From contig OZ176053.1 of NCBI GenBank assembly GCA_964247055.1, forward strand, positions 10,726,001 through 10,790,000: 64,000 nt of DNA, in the 5' to 3' direction. The DNA is from Paragordius varius (lineage: Eukaryota; Animalia; Nematomorpha). Below are positions 46,901 to 58,889 of this stretch, piece by piece; position 1 is the first letter of the stretch; each line of letters starts with the position of its first letter. Both the position numbers and the translations under genes were made by a program. The notes beneath the pieces are model-generated. The model was not told the origin of the DNA. It saw only the letters and a program-made list of their open reading frames with translations, and did no database searches.

Positions 46901-49828
46901 AAAGGCCCCCCAATTTGAATCGAAGGACTAAAATGAATGTGTTGTATCCAAGTGTTAATGACACAACATGAAATTATGATAAGATACCGTTGTGTCCTAT
47001 ATTTGGCTTATGACATGTAAAATGGTTATAACACTCCGAGGGGTGCATTTAAAAATTTTAAAAAGATAGAGGGGGAACGGTGGATAAAATAGGTTTTGAA
47101 GCATTACGACAGGTTTCTGTTCTGCTTTTTTAGTAGTATAACTCACTAAATAAAAATAAAAAATTATCAGATATAATTTGTTACGATTAATATGTCTTAA
47201 TTACAATCACGGAAGGAATATAAATGTAAAACATGAAATATAAAAAACAGTATGAACATTATGTTGGTCATATATTATTGTTGCGCAATTGGTCAACAGT
47301 AGCGTGATATAAAACAAATTTTGTCCATAATTAATAAAATTTAATGTTGTAAGATAGTAAAAAATGTAATTTAAATCATTTGTTGTTTTTTGCCCATAGG
47401 CTACTGTATTATTAAATGCCCAAAAATAATGTGAATAGACCAACATTAATGTGCAGCATTTGTTATTAATTTAAAACCGCGGCGCGCTGAAGTTGATTTT
47501 GGAAATTAAAACATTATTAGTCCTAAATTGTGTGCATTTTCTTCCATTTCAGAGTTATAAAAAATGTATTTGACAAAATAAACAAGTATTTCGTAGCATT
47601 CATAAATATTTTACCTATAAGCCACTCTCAAATAACCTTTAAAATTAAATGACTTTTTCTTAATTTTCTCATTTTATCATACAGATATAATACAGTAGAC
47701 TCAAAATGACCACGATTGTGGGTAATATTTTATTAATTAAAAAACTATTTTTAAAATATACTATACATTATTAATATTATTTTACAGATATATTTGATTG
47801 TTTTATATAAAAAATAATTATTACGTTTTTTTTTATTGTTTTTAGCATATTATGGGAACATGCTCATAAACCGGTAAATTTGAGGGAACGTATAATCAAA
47901 ATTTAAAAAAATAATTAAGTTGATTTTAAAACGGTAAATATGATCAATGGCATAAGATTACTTTATAGGAGTTGTCAATTTTAAAGGATCATTCTAAGGA
48001 AAAACACTATATATATATATATATATATATATATGAAGGAAATTACAGCCCTTTGAAGCCCACATGTCGATATTATTTTAATATGTTGTTGATTATTTGT
48101 CAAATGATAAACTATAAATTCCAATTTTTATAAGTCAGATTAGGAATAATGATGTTTACTTAAGCTCTAAGATTTTGTACGTCCAAATTAAAAAAACCTA
48201 TAAATAGATTAATTATCATATGATACCTTTTTTGATAATAGTATATAGAAATTTAAAAAATTTGAAATCACAAAATTTTACCCTTGAAATTGTAAATAAA
48301 ATGGTAAAGTTGCTGATGCAATTCATCGGTTCCCAAAACAAAAGCGTTCCACTTTTGTCTATTATATGTCAAGTTTCTTAACTTTGGTCGGTAATTTTTT
48401 TCAAAATCATGACAAGCGTATTCATAAAAATCGAGACATGGGTCTAACAAATCTACAAAATATCAAATTGAATAAATTATGATTGTTATAGTAGGAAGAT
48501 ATTCACAGTTTAATGCAAATTTTTATTCGTCAACTTTTATTCTATAATGAGCCCAATAATGTATAAGCAGTTTACCAGGTGCAGTCAGAAATTTTTACCG
48601 ATTTTTGTAAAAAAACGTGTATCATTGAAAGGAAATCAATTACATTTTATTCATATATTATCCATTGGTTTCTACAGGTATTGCTTATATCTCAGGTGTA
48701 ATATGGCCGTGCCAGAAAAACTGAATGCCTTTTACGGAAAACCATTCGTCAAGCCATTTGACATCGGCTTCAGAATTATTGAAGCGCTGATCCGCTAGCC
48801 CCATTGATGCGACGTTTTAGTCAGATGGCGCCAGGTCAGAAGAGTTAAGCTTATGAGAATTTCCCATCGACACTATTTCTAGGTCTCTTTCACTGGTTTT
48901 GCTGTGTAAGACGGATCACCAATCCTGATCGTTTTTCGATCGATTCGATGTTTAAAATCGATTTTACCGGATTCCAAAAGGTCAAACAAAATATCTCTAG
49001 TTTCAGCAGGCACGGCACCGTCTTCTTGCCCGAATGCGATTTAGCATAAATGGGGTTAACCGAGTGGGCAAAGTGAAAGCCACAATATTTTCGCTTTGGA
49101 TTTACATACAGTCATTCATTACTCATCCCCGTCCCAATTTGTTGCAAAAATTATTTCTTTTGTCATGTTGCATCAGGATTTTAAAATTCCTTTGAATTGA
49201 CATTCATTTAAATTGTGTGGGGCCGATTTACCGATTTCTCAATATTCGTATACTTATATTATTTGTTTTTTGTAACATGTAGCCCTCACTCTTTCACATG
49301 GAATCATTTTTAAATTTCAGCATGTTTTACAAGTAATCCATGTGAACCATAGGTTTCTGCCAAGCGATAACCGATTATTGATTCTAATCGCCATGCGTGC
49401 TGGAAATGTTCTTTTTAGGCACTTCACCATTATTACTGATATATGAAAATAAGACATGCTTTTGACGTTTGTCATTTAATGTAAAATTAAAAGAATGAGG
49501 TCTGTATCAAATTAATCGCCATGCATTTTTCGCTGAAGTATCTTATTTATATCGGTAATAACTTATAACTACACTGGTAATACAATTATCTCCTTTAGAA
49601 TTTATTCTGATACATATTGGTAAAAAAATGACAAAAATCACTTGTTTATATTTTTATAAAAGTATTAAATATGTTAAAGACAAACTTTAAAGAAGAATGA
49701 TATTAAAAAAGGAGTTAATTGGCAAATAACATTGTATTTGTTAAATATTACTGCAAAAGCTTAAAATATAAATATGCCTTACCGCTTTTGGAAAAAAGTA
49801 AGGGAATAAGAATCAATATGGATAACAT
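34909..49828 (-). CDS. Neprilysin (M13)-like protein with signal peptide, zinc/catalytic motifs degenerate
   Basis: Exon 1 MLSILILIPLLFSKS (49828-49783) joins in phase to DPCLDFYEYAC. Then YMNSCMD..G..PL..LIDRFGGW, FDWRKIL, YQCL..., NSNWF, QPSAINFGGFG, LKIAYK, KLFYLTWAKSMC, AFTTAYNC and TGA at 34909. The exon(s) near 39.1-39.2 kb have uncertain boundaries. Confidence 0.85.
36769..37224 (+). CDS. Candidate nested 3-exon small gene (93 aa, unknown) antisense within a neprilysin-like intron
   Basis: Exons 36769-36840, 36957-37013 and 37072-37224 join in frame via GT-AG introns: MVNLEVSLDCFVYDMVDSEIRHFQ|FENYLFAMPIRFSNDIPSA|EKHRG...NICPKL*. GC is raised and the opposite-strand frames are closed. 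No recognised family. Confidence 0.4.
38984..39020. mobile_element. Truncated hAT-type terminus
   Basis: TCTAGA|CAGGGATGTGCAACACGCAGCCCGCG; Charlie-like end and target context, partner end not found. Confidence 0.45.
40622..41760 (-). mobile_element. Degenerate Tc1-like DNA transposon remnant
   Basis: Right end TTGTTGAGCAGTG|TA (reverse complement CACTGCTCAACAA, Tc1-like), partial inverted match at 40622-40760, and an RSGRLHKL (GRPR-like) remnant near 41440 on the minus strand. Confidence 0.45.
42557..43692 (+). mobile_element. Mos1-like mariner, decayed transposase
   Basis: TA|CCAGGTGT...ACACCTAG|TA. Remnants GHRVPHILN (WVPHEL), SGDEKWLYFANPK, DNNAPSHIAK and NSPVLAPSE (YSPDLAPSD), with stops and frameshifts. 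Confidence 0.9.
46394..46954. mobile_element. TTAA-flanked MITE (piggyBac-like target), copy 1
   Basis: TTAA|CACTTCGATTC ... GTATCCAAGTG|TTAA, plus an 18-bp internal inverted repeat CTTCGATTCAAATTGGGG. A homologous inverted copy lies at 61893-62194. Confidence 0.75.
48008..48034. repeat. (TA)n microsatellite
   Basis: About 13 TA units. Confidence 0.9.
48575..49577 (-). mobile_element. Mos1-like mariner, decayed, in intron 1 of the neprilysin-like gene
   Basis: TIRs TA|CCAGGTGCAGTCAGAAATTTTTACCGAT and ATCGGTAATAACTTATAACTACACTGG|TA. Minus-strand remnants SYTAKPVKET, NSSDLAPSD and KWLDEWF. Confidence 0.88.
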
Positions 49829-50366
49829 GTGAAAAAAGGGTTAAAAAGTTGGAACTGATTTAAAATTCTTAAATATGGTACAAAAAACATGGGGAAAAAA
49901 CTCATTAACCCAAAGATGTTTACAATGAACCATTGATGGATCGATGAAGGAATTACCCGAATACGATTTGATTAGTTTAATGACTATTGTAATTCAAAGA
50001 TATAAACAACCCATCATTTCTTGTCAAAAAATACTACTACTACTGAAAAAAACATGAACTTTTATTGTTTTAAAAATTGTTTTTCCTTGATACTAGTTTA
50101 AAATTTATTTAGTAAGTTTTTGCATAATTTATTCGTCATTCGTTCTTATACAATGTAGATATATGTGTATACAAATAATTATTTTTATTAACATGTATGG
50201 CAAAATATTACATATTAATTAAAAATGAAATGAAATGTAATACATATGTAATTGCTGATGATACATAATAATGAATTTTTCATACACATAAGTATGTGAA
50301 AGACAGTTTTTCTGTTTTCATTTTATAAATTTGTATTTTTACAAAGATGTCATGCCCGATAAAAAT

Positions 50367-53300
50367 TTAATTATTTAACCATTCAGGATCTATGGCAGTC
50401 ACTAATTTCATGTAAGGGCGACTAGTGCATAAAAGTTCAGAAAAAACTACACATTTAGGCTTGTTGGCAAAACATACGCTATGTGGATGCAAATATAGGA
50501 ATGGATTATTATTATTGCTATTGTGTCGTTCATTAAAAGTAGTATCCTCGCCATTAGTAAAATCGTAATTGCATTTAGGTAAATACTGATTTTTAAACTC
50601 ATTTTTCTCAAATTCACCATTATAAGTGTTGTCGTTGATTGTAGACGTGTTTGGTGAATAATTAGTAGTTATTAAAATATATCTGTTTGAGGTACCTTGA
50701 CGTATAGCAATATCTTGACAAAGACCTTTATATCAATTAAAAAAATTGGTTAACAAAAAATTATTTTTTTGCAAAATAAATTAAAATATATAAATATTTA
50801 TATATCGATATTGGGAAGTCTCATTATGTTCTTACAAAATTTTTGTATAGAAACAGGTGGTTTCGATTTAATTAAATAAATTGTAAAAGTAACAAAACAA
50901 AAATAAAAATTTTTTATCCGATAAGTATATAAAAATACCGATAATTGTATTTTGGCCAAAATACATTTTAGCACATTATATTATAAATTTACACCGCAAC
51001 TCTACAAAAATAGGGGTAATGGCCTGCTAAACAGATATGACACCCCAAAATATGCTTCATCATGAATAGTATGCAGTCGAATTTTTTCAAAGCGATTTCA
51101 AAATGATGCTTTTTATGGTTATAAATCATTTATAAACAGCTGTGGCGATTGTTTATGTTTTGATATGGTCCGACCTTTCTTGGATTCTACTACAGAAAAC
51201 CCCGTATAATAACCTCAAAGAAAAAAATAGATGCTTAGATTTTAGAGATACTTTTTTTATAGAAAAATTAAATTGTTGATTACAATATATAACAAATTTT
51301 GACAACGTTTTTAAAAAAACTCAAATATGCATTTAATTACAAAAAGGACAAATAATATAAATTTAATATCCCCCTATACTAAAAAATTTTATACAACTTT
51401 TTTTTATAAATATTCGACCTTATAACGCTAATTCAAAATTTTTACAAAATTAAAAAAAATAAAAACAATGGTCGGTAGTATATATCATTCGTAATAAATC
51501 TAAATGAGAACGTTTGGGTTGAAAAAAATGCTTACTTTAGGGATATGGAAATTTGAAATTTAAAACATTTAGCTGAATAACCTTTATATTATATTATTTG
51601 TAAAATCAATTTTAGCTACATATTTTCTAGAGAATACTATAACCAATATTTATAATTAGTTTGACGGACGTATATTATAAAAACATGTATATAAAATTTG
51701 ATCTATTTTTATTAATTAGTTTTAAAATAAAATCATGGCATAACTCCCCATTTCGCTATTTCTAGTCAACTCTCACCATAAATAGAAACCATATTTGGTA
51801 AATTAAAGAGTTTTAAATTCTCTATCGATTTAATATATTATTCACGGGCATTTTTTGATAACACTAGACAACAATTTTTAACTTTTTTTAACTGCCATTC
51901 TTGTAAATTTAAAATTTATTTCATTAAAGTACATAATTAGTATATCGAAAAGAAAATTGGTCCAGCATGCAAGAATTTTTTTAGATTAGAGTTTATCGAT
52001 AATTTTTGGCCCCGATTTAACATTAAACACGAAATTTCGAAAAAGTTTTTGATATGAAGCCATGTTTTTATATCATTCGAAAGAGCGCAAAAAACTGCAT
52101 TTTTTAAATGGTAGTAAGTCATTTAAATCAATCGGATGTAAAAGTTATTTGGATTTAAATGGTCGAAATTTTCAATCCTTAATTAAGTCTAGAATTTCAC
52201 AGACAAACTAATTTGAAAATCATAGAAATTACTTTAATATAAGTATTAGGGTTATATTAGTATTTAATTTAAAAAAAATGTTTGAAAAAGCTTTTGGTTT
52301 GCTTTTTTAATAAAAATTATTATCATAAATATTTTACCTAGTGGATACTAAAATGCATAGTTATAACTGTAAATTTATATCATAATGGCTATAAAAGGTC
52401 AATAATACCTTAAACTTTGTTTTTATCTTTAAAATTTCGAAATTATCAGCCTCGTAAAAAAAATAAATTAATATTGATGAGCTGGTAATTTTTAAAAAAC
52501 AAAAAACTTAAAAATTGCTGTTTTGATTGACATAAAAGCAATAAAAAAAAAGTTTTAATCAAAAAAACTTTCTTGTGTTATCTTTTTTAGACATTCATCA
52601 CCATCTAAACAAAGTTAGAGCTATTTTCATCCATTAGTTTTAAAAATATAATAATTAAAAAAAGTGCTCTCGCTTCGCGTGTTTGTCGCTCTTTAGGTCC
52701 AATATTAACTGTCGATGTAATACATATTAGTATGCATTTTATAGAGTTTTTATTACTCTTTCGAGTGATATATTACAAATAAGCATTACTTGTATATTTT
52801 CAAAGAAAAACATTTTTTAGTAAAATTTTGATAAAGAGGCGCATAATCAAAAAAATTAAATTATACAAAATTCTTCCAACGGGTTATAATTTTTATTTCA
52901 GATTTACTGTTAGAATGATACTAAATATCAGAAAATGCAAAAAACTCGAGTGGCAGAAAAATTTGTTGTCCAGTGTAATGAATATATGTAATTTTTTATG
53001 CCAATTCAGGGAGCAAAGATACAAAAATAAAATATTGTAAAATTCTTAGATTGAAAAAACATTAACTTTTCGGAATAGATGATTTGGTATAACATAATTT
53101 TAGAAAACGGATTAAAACAGTTAATTTATACTGTCAAAATGATATTATCTAAATCAAGATGGTATAGAAAAAAAACCATATATTAACGTTTAAATGAGAC
53201 AAAGCTTAGGTTATTTATTAAATCTGATCAAACCTTCATATAAAATCCGTTTAACAGGATCCATATGTAAACCACAAGATTGTAATGGGCCAAGGTTATT

Positions 53301-56300
53301 AATTTTTATAATCTTTTTTAGCTGTTTTTCTATACGGTAGGCTAACATAAGTGCTTTCCGATTTAGTTTCATAGTGGAACACCATTTCTGTATGGGTGAT
53401 TAGAAGGCAAAAAAGTCATTTAAATTTTTACATAATTAAACAATTAAAATTTTATAGCGATTCGTTAATTCATGAAATCTAGTAGTTTCATGACTTTTGA
53501 AATTAAATATGTTATTGTCTAAAGGGTTAAAATAAAAGCTTTAATAATCTAGGTTTAATATGTTTTTCGTTCAAAAAAACTAAAATGGCCTTTGTTGTAT
53601 TAAAGCTGCTGATTGGGCAACACAACGCAAAGATAGAGTGGGACTTTTTTGGCCTTATTAAGTATGCATAAGATAATTCATAAATTATCCATTAAAGAAT
53701 TATAGGGAGCCTAATTTTAATTAAATTAAAAGTGTTATTTATAGAATTAACGATTCCTTTTATAGTTGAATGCAAAGGCCATTATAAAACTATAAGAATT
53801 AGCTATAATAGATTATATGGTAGTATGCTGTTAAAATTAACCAATATATATTAAACATATACGGCGTTGGCTTTATGGCTCTTGAAAGCCCGATATACAT
53901 TAAGCATTGTAATATGATCACTATGGTAATCAACTAAATTTCTTGGCATAATATGTGACTTATTTTTGGCGTTATGGATAGAAGTGTCATGGCCTGCGCC
54001 TATAAAAATGTGTAGAAACTAATTTATAATAACACAATTGATAGAGTTATAGTATACAAAATTATATTAGCGGCTTTATTGTCCAGACTAACAAGTTTTC
54101 CGGCTAAGAAATAATAACTTGTTCTTGCTAATAAGTGTGGGCATATTTAGGGTTAGAACCAACTAATACAACAAATGCAAAAGTATTAAAATTATACAAA
54201 AAATAATAAAAATTTTAAATTTAACAATTACATTGGGAATTACCATAGTCAGTTTATTTAGTTAATTTATGAACGCTTACATATTCCCGTTCTTATTTAC
54301 ATTGCTAACCGGTCAAACCCTTAGCCCTTATGAAGATTAACAAATACTTACTCGCATTGTTTGACAAAAATATGGAAGAATTCCCACTCTCGCTCGTTAA
54401 ACTGCTCAAGAGAGCAACTATGCTACACATTTCTTCCGAACATTTTGTTTGTGGCACATCATTGTTAAAGGAGGCTTCGTTTTGTCCGTTTGGAAGTTGA
54501 TAATTTTGGGCAGTTAAATTAACCGACCCCAATGATTTGACTAACAAAAGTGCAAGAACCGGATTTAATGGAAACAAATTTATCAAGCCTCCCAAAGGCG
54601 TAAGACTTAGCAAGGGCCCCCCTTCACACGTATAAGGACACGGCATAAAGAGTGAAGTGAATAGAGATGGTGCCAGGAATGGCTTAAACTTTTTACGTTT
54701 CTTGCAAGCTCCACCATTAATATCCATGTTATTATTGTAAAAATTTGAGGCTTTAGAATTTGTGAAATTAGCCATTTCTTGTTCAAGCAGGTTGACATAA
54801 ACTGTGAAACATTGTAAAGTGTTTATGCTACTTTTTTGATTCATTTGGAGTTTGAGTTTATTGAGCGTAATTATATTATGAGATCGTAATTTTTCTATGG
54901 CATGGTAAATGTGAGCCCGTGGAGGTTCATCAACCAACCTTAATAATTTAATCTTATGTTCGGTGTCATCGATCTGTATAAAGTTATGCAGAAGAGATAT
55001 TTAATTACAGTAATTCTTATTTTATAAATGCAAAGATATGTTATTATTAAAAACCGTACATTAAAAACAAATAATATATAGTAATATTTTTCAAACTAAT
55101 TATTATTTAGTCACGTTTAAATTAAATTAAAACAAAACGAAAATTACCAAAAGTTTCTGTCCAATGGCCAATAAGTTGGGGATGATGACACTTAAATCGA
55201 CTCTTTCGATTTCAGGAATTATGTGGGTGCGTCCCTTAACTTGAGCATTATTTTCAAAGTAGAGGCGATAACAGTGGCTAATAAAAGTATCAGATTGAGT
55301 TTTTAAATCATTATTTTGATAATGGCTTTTTATGTCTCGTCCAGCACGACCAGTGCGTTGCCAGGCTTGATCCTGACTAATCCAATCAACTATGAGGCAT
55401 TCTCGTAAGTAATTGTATTGAAGTGTATTGGTGTTCTAATATATCAAGTCAGAATGTTATAAAAAAGTGGTAAAATTTGTTAATAAAAAATAATTATAGA
55501 AAAAAAGGCAAAATCAAAAAAGAATGTATGGTATTTTTTAATTTTAAATAGGCATCGTGTAAGGTTTTATCATATATTTATTTATTCTTTTTTGTTTCGT
55601 CGCTTGCATGTCGGAAGAAAGTTATGGTTATCGATATTCTGCATGTCGGAAGAAAGTTAAACAAATTATAAAACTGTATGTAAAATGTAGTCCGAACGAA
55701 CGCATCAATCTCGAATAGCCAAATTAATGGTATATTGTAAAAAATTTTAAAACTTAAATTAAGAACCAAATGTAAAAAACTGTAATTAATATTACAACAA
55801 ACAAAAATAATTTTTTCTTTAAAAACCAAAAATTATTTAATTCAAAGAAAATCTATTAAAAATATGGTCACCTGTGGACTCAAATTAACCATGGTTTTCG
55901 TTTTAAAGCGGCCACTATCAATTATGTATCGTATGTTTGGAATGGTTATAGATGTTTCAGCAATATTTGTGGCCACAATACACTTTCTAATTGGTAAGAT
56001 GTTAAATTTTATATTACCATTCATATTTGTTGATTCTTTAAACAATAATTTATTGTTTTGGGTGGTAAATACTTCATCTTGAAGCGTTTTGGATAAGCCT
56101 GCATAAAATGGATAAAACATAATTTTTGCTAAGGACTGTTCTTTCGCTTTTGGACCAACATGGTTGCTTTTATTGTAAAAATCTTTCACCAATTTCCGGC
56201 CAAGCTTAATAAAACTATCGATTTCATCTTTACCGGGTAAAAATACGAGAACGTCGCCATACGCTATATTGATTTTAATATTTTTTAAAATAATAGATGT

Positions 56301-58794
56301 GCAAAAAAAATATTTATCAGAGGTGATTGATGAAGAAAAGGGACAAAGATAGCATTAGTGAAAAAATATCTAATCTTTAGAGATATCTATATGTTTTTTA
56401 AACTATTCCCTTTATCACTTTACTTCATTTTTACTCCCGAAATATAGCTAGGGTTTTATTACCGACTAAAATTAAAGAGCCAACTAAAAATGAAGCTAAT
56501 TATTCCTAATTATATCTGCTACCAAATTACATTCTAATGCACTTCAATTATCTTATTATATTATAATCAATAGTATTTTCGTGGCATGTGTTTTCCAGTA
56601 AGCGTCTAATATGGGGTTTGCATAATAATATTGGTTAATTTTAGGTGGCTAGAGCTGATTTACTTACAAACTTTTGCAGTCTTAACCAATTTACGTGCTG
56701 CAGTTAATATGGACAATGAACTTTTTTCAAGTTAAGTGACTATCCTCAAGTAAACACATGACATATTCCGGCCTTTTTATGGATATAAAATTTTTAAAAA
56801 GATCACAGCGTCTCATATGGGGAAAAATAATTTAAACAGGAAACAAGTATGGTAAGCATATGTCAAACTTGAAATATTAATCTTTATCCCAAAAGATTCA
56901 ACACCATACTGTTAAAAAATTGATCATTACAATAATTAACTACGTTAATTTAGAAAGAACGCATGCTATACCGCCGTTGAAATTATAAAAGGTGATAAAA
57001 CCTGGTCGGACAGTAAATAAATCAGGAACAAAAAATCTCTGAAATTTAACACCTAACAACAAATGTGATATGATATTTGCAAACTAACTTCGTATCTAAA
57101 ATGAGGCGCAACTTACCAAACAAATACATTATTTTATACAATAAAGCGTGGCTGCTGCCGCATTAACTGGTTTAAGGAAATCGTAAAAAGATAACACATG
57201 AAAAAAATTATGTTGAGAGCTTATATAGTCGTCTTGACGACCACAAGCCTGTAAAATATTTTACAAAATTATTATATTGAATCTATGCAAAAGGTTCGCA
57301 GTTATATAAAATTGATACACCAAAATAAAAAAAACACGCAAGGTGACTTGATAAAGCTGATACAAAAATTTATATAGTGTTAAATGAGTGCATGAGCTAA
57401 TATAGAAAATCGAAATTACACCGTTTTTTCTGTCTTAAATATTACTTTTAGGTGTAGAATCCGAAAAACAGGATATATTTCGGAAAAGATTAAAATAAAA
57501 TGGAGCCAATTATAGGGAACTTTAAAGTGAATTTAATAAATGTTTTATAAGGTAATAGCATAAATTTATAAATTCAAAACGCCAGATAGTTATTAACACC
57601 ATTAATTGTTAAGTAAAGGATTAGTTTAATGCCGTTAGATATTTATATGTATCAGATATTCCCTTAAATTGGATTTCATTAAGTACTATGAGTTCTTTGT
57701 AAAAATTACCATCATTCATTTTGAACATATGCATATATTCTTGATTTTAAAAAGACTAAAACCTGAAAAATCTTTAAAATTTTACCAACGAAAAAAAAAC
57801 ATTTTAAATAATTAGCAGATATATCGTGGTAATAAATTTTTTTACAGTAATTGAAAATAAAAAATATTTATCTCCATTCATTGATTTTTTGGAATACAGT
57901 GTATTGGAGAATGATATTTCGAACTTTTGTAAAGTGGTTAAATGTTATAATATTCAAATTAAATAACATTATTGATTAGACACAAAAAGATCAAAAAGTG
58001 TATAAATTTACAAACAATTTAAAAATAAATATTAGCTACTTGATGTTCGGAAGATTTTTAGGAGGGTAATCAGAGAATTATTGATATAATCTTCCTGATT
58101 AAATTTTGAGACATCTTCAGCTGGGTTAAATATCTGTATGGGATATTGTCGTTGGCCTTCGATGTAAAGGACCGGACAATTGGAGAAAAATTTTGAAAAT
58201 TTGTCAACATCCATAGTTGCTGACATAATAATTAGTTTTAATTTTGATTGACCATTATTACGCTGTATTTGTGCGTTTTTAAGCAATGATAAAAGGATGT
58301 CAGTACGCAAACTCCTTTCATGTATTTCATCGATGATAATCGTTGAATATTGTTGAAACAGTGGATCATGTAAAGCTTCTCTTAATAATATTCCATCAGT
58401 CATATATTTAATTCTTGTTATATTGGATAAAATATTTTCAAATCTTACGGCATAACCAATGAGATCACCTTATATTAGATGTATATATATTACCAAGCAC
58501 AGAATTCCGAGAGCTAGCGACCCATTGAGCAATAGTAATTGCTGCCACTTTTCGTGGTTGTGTACATCCGATTAAACCTTTTTGCGCAATATGATCATGC
58601 AATATTTGAGGGATTTGTGTAGACTTTCCACATGCAGTTTCACCAATTATAATAAGAGTATTATATTTATTGACATATTTAATTATTTGACTCTTGTAGG
58701 ATAATATAGGAAAATTATTCTGCTTTTTCTTGCTTTTCTTATCAAATTTATGTACTTTATCAGATAAACAATTTCGCATCTGATCTATAACCAT
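50367..58794 (-). CDS. DHX33: DEAH-box RNA helicase, DHX33-like, about 8 exons
   Basis: GETACGKST, TQPRKVAA, TDGILLRE, DEIH, SAT, VFLPGKDEI, ATNIAETSITI, QRTGRAGR, HA2 LTPLG..FPLNP, SDHITMLNVYRAF, KWC, OB-fold LHPHSVCF...YMK..IDPEWL* (stop 50367-50369). The short N-terminus and C-terminal motifs favour DHX33 over other DEAH paralogues. Confidence 0.85.
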
Positions 58795-58889
58795 GCGTAA
58801 ATAGTAAAAAAAACTCTTTTATGTTCGTTTATAAATAATATATACCGATGAATACAAGGGGAGTTTATGGTGTTTACCATTATGATTTT

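Noticed and set aside
51940-52170. Repeat-like AT-rich blocks here and at about 4870-5250, 9990-10080, 34020-34140 and 50990-51230
   Set aside because: Probably non-autonomous TE fragments, but I could not establish ends, TSDs or a second copy in the window.
52600-53040. TGQQIF-like segment as a helicase OB-fold exon
   Set aside because: Interrupted by stops; the true last exon is at 50367-50725 and joins in phase.
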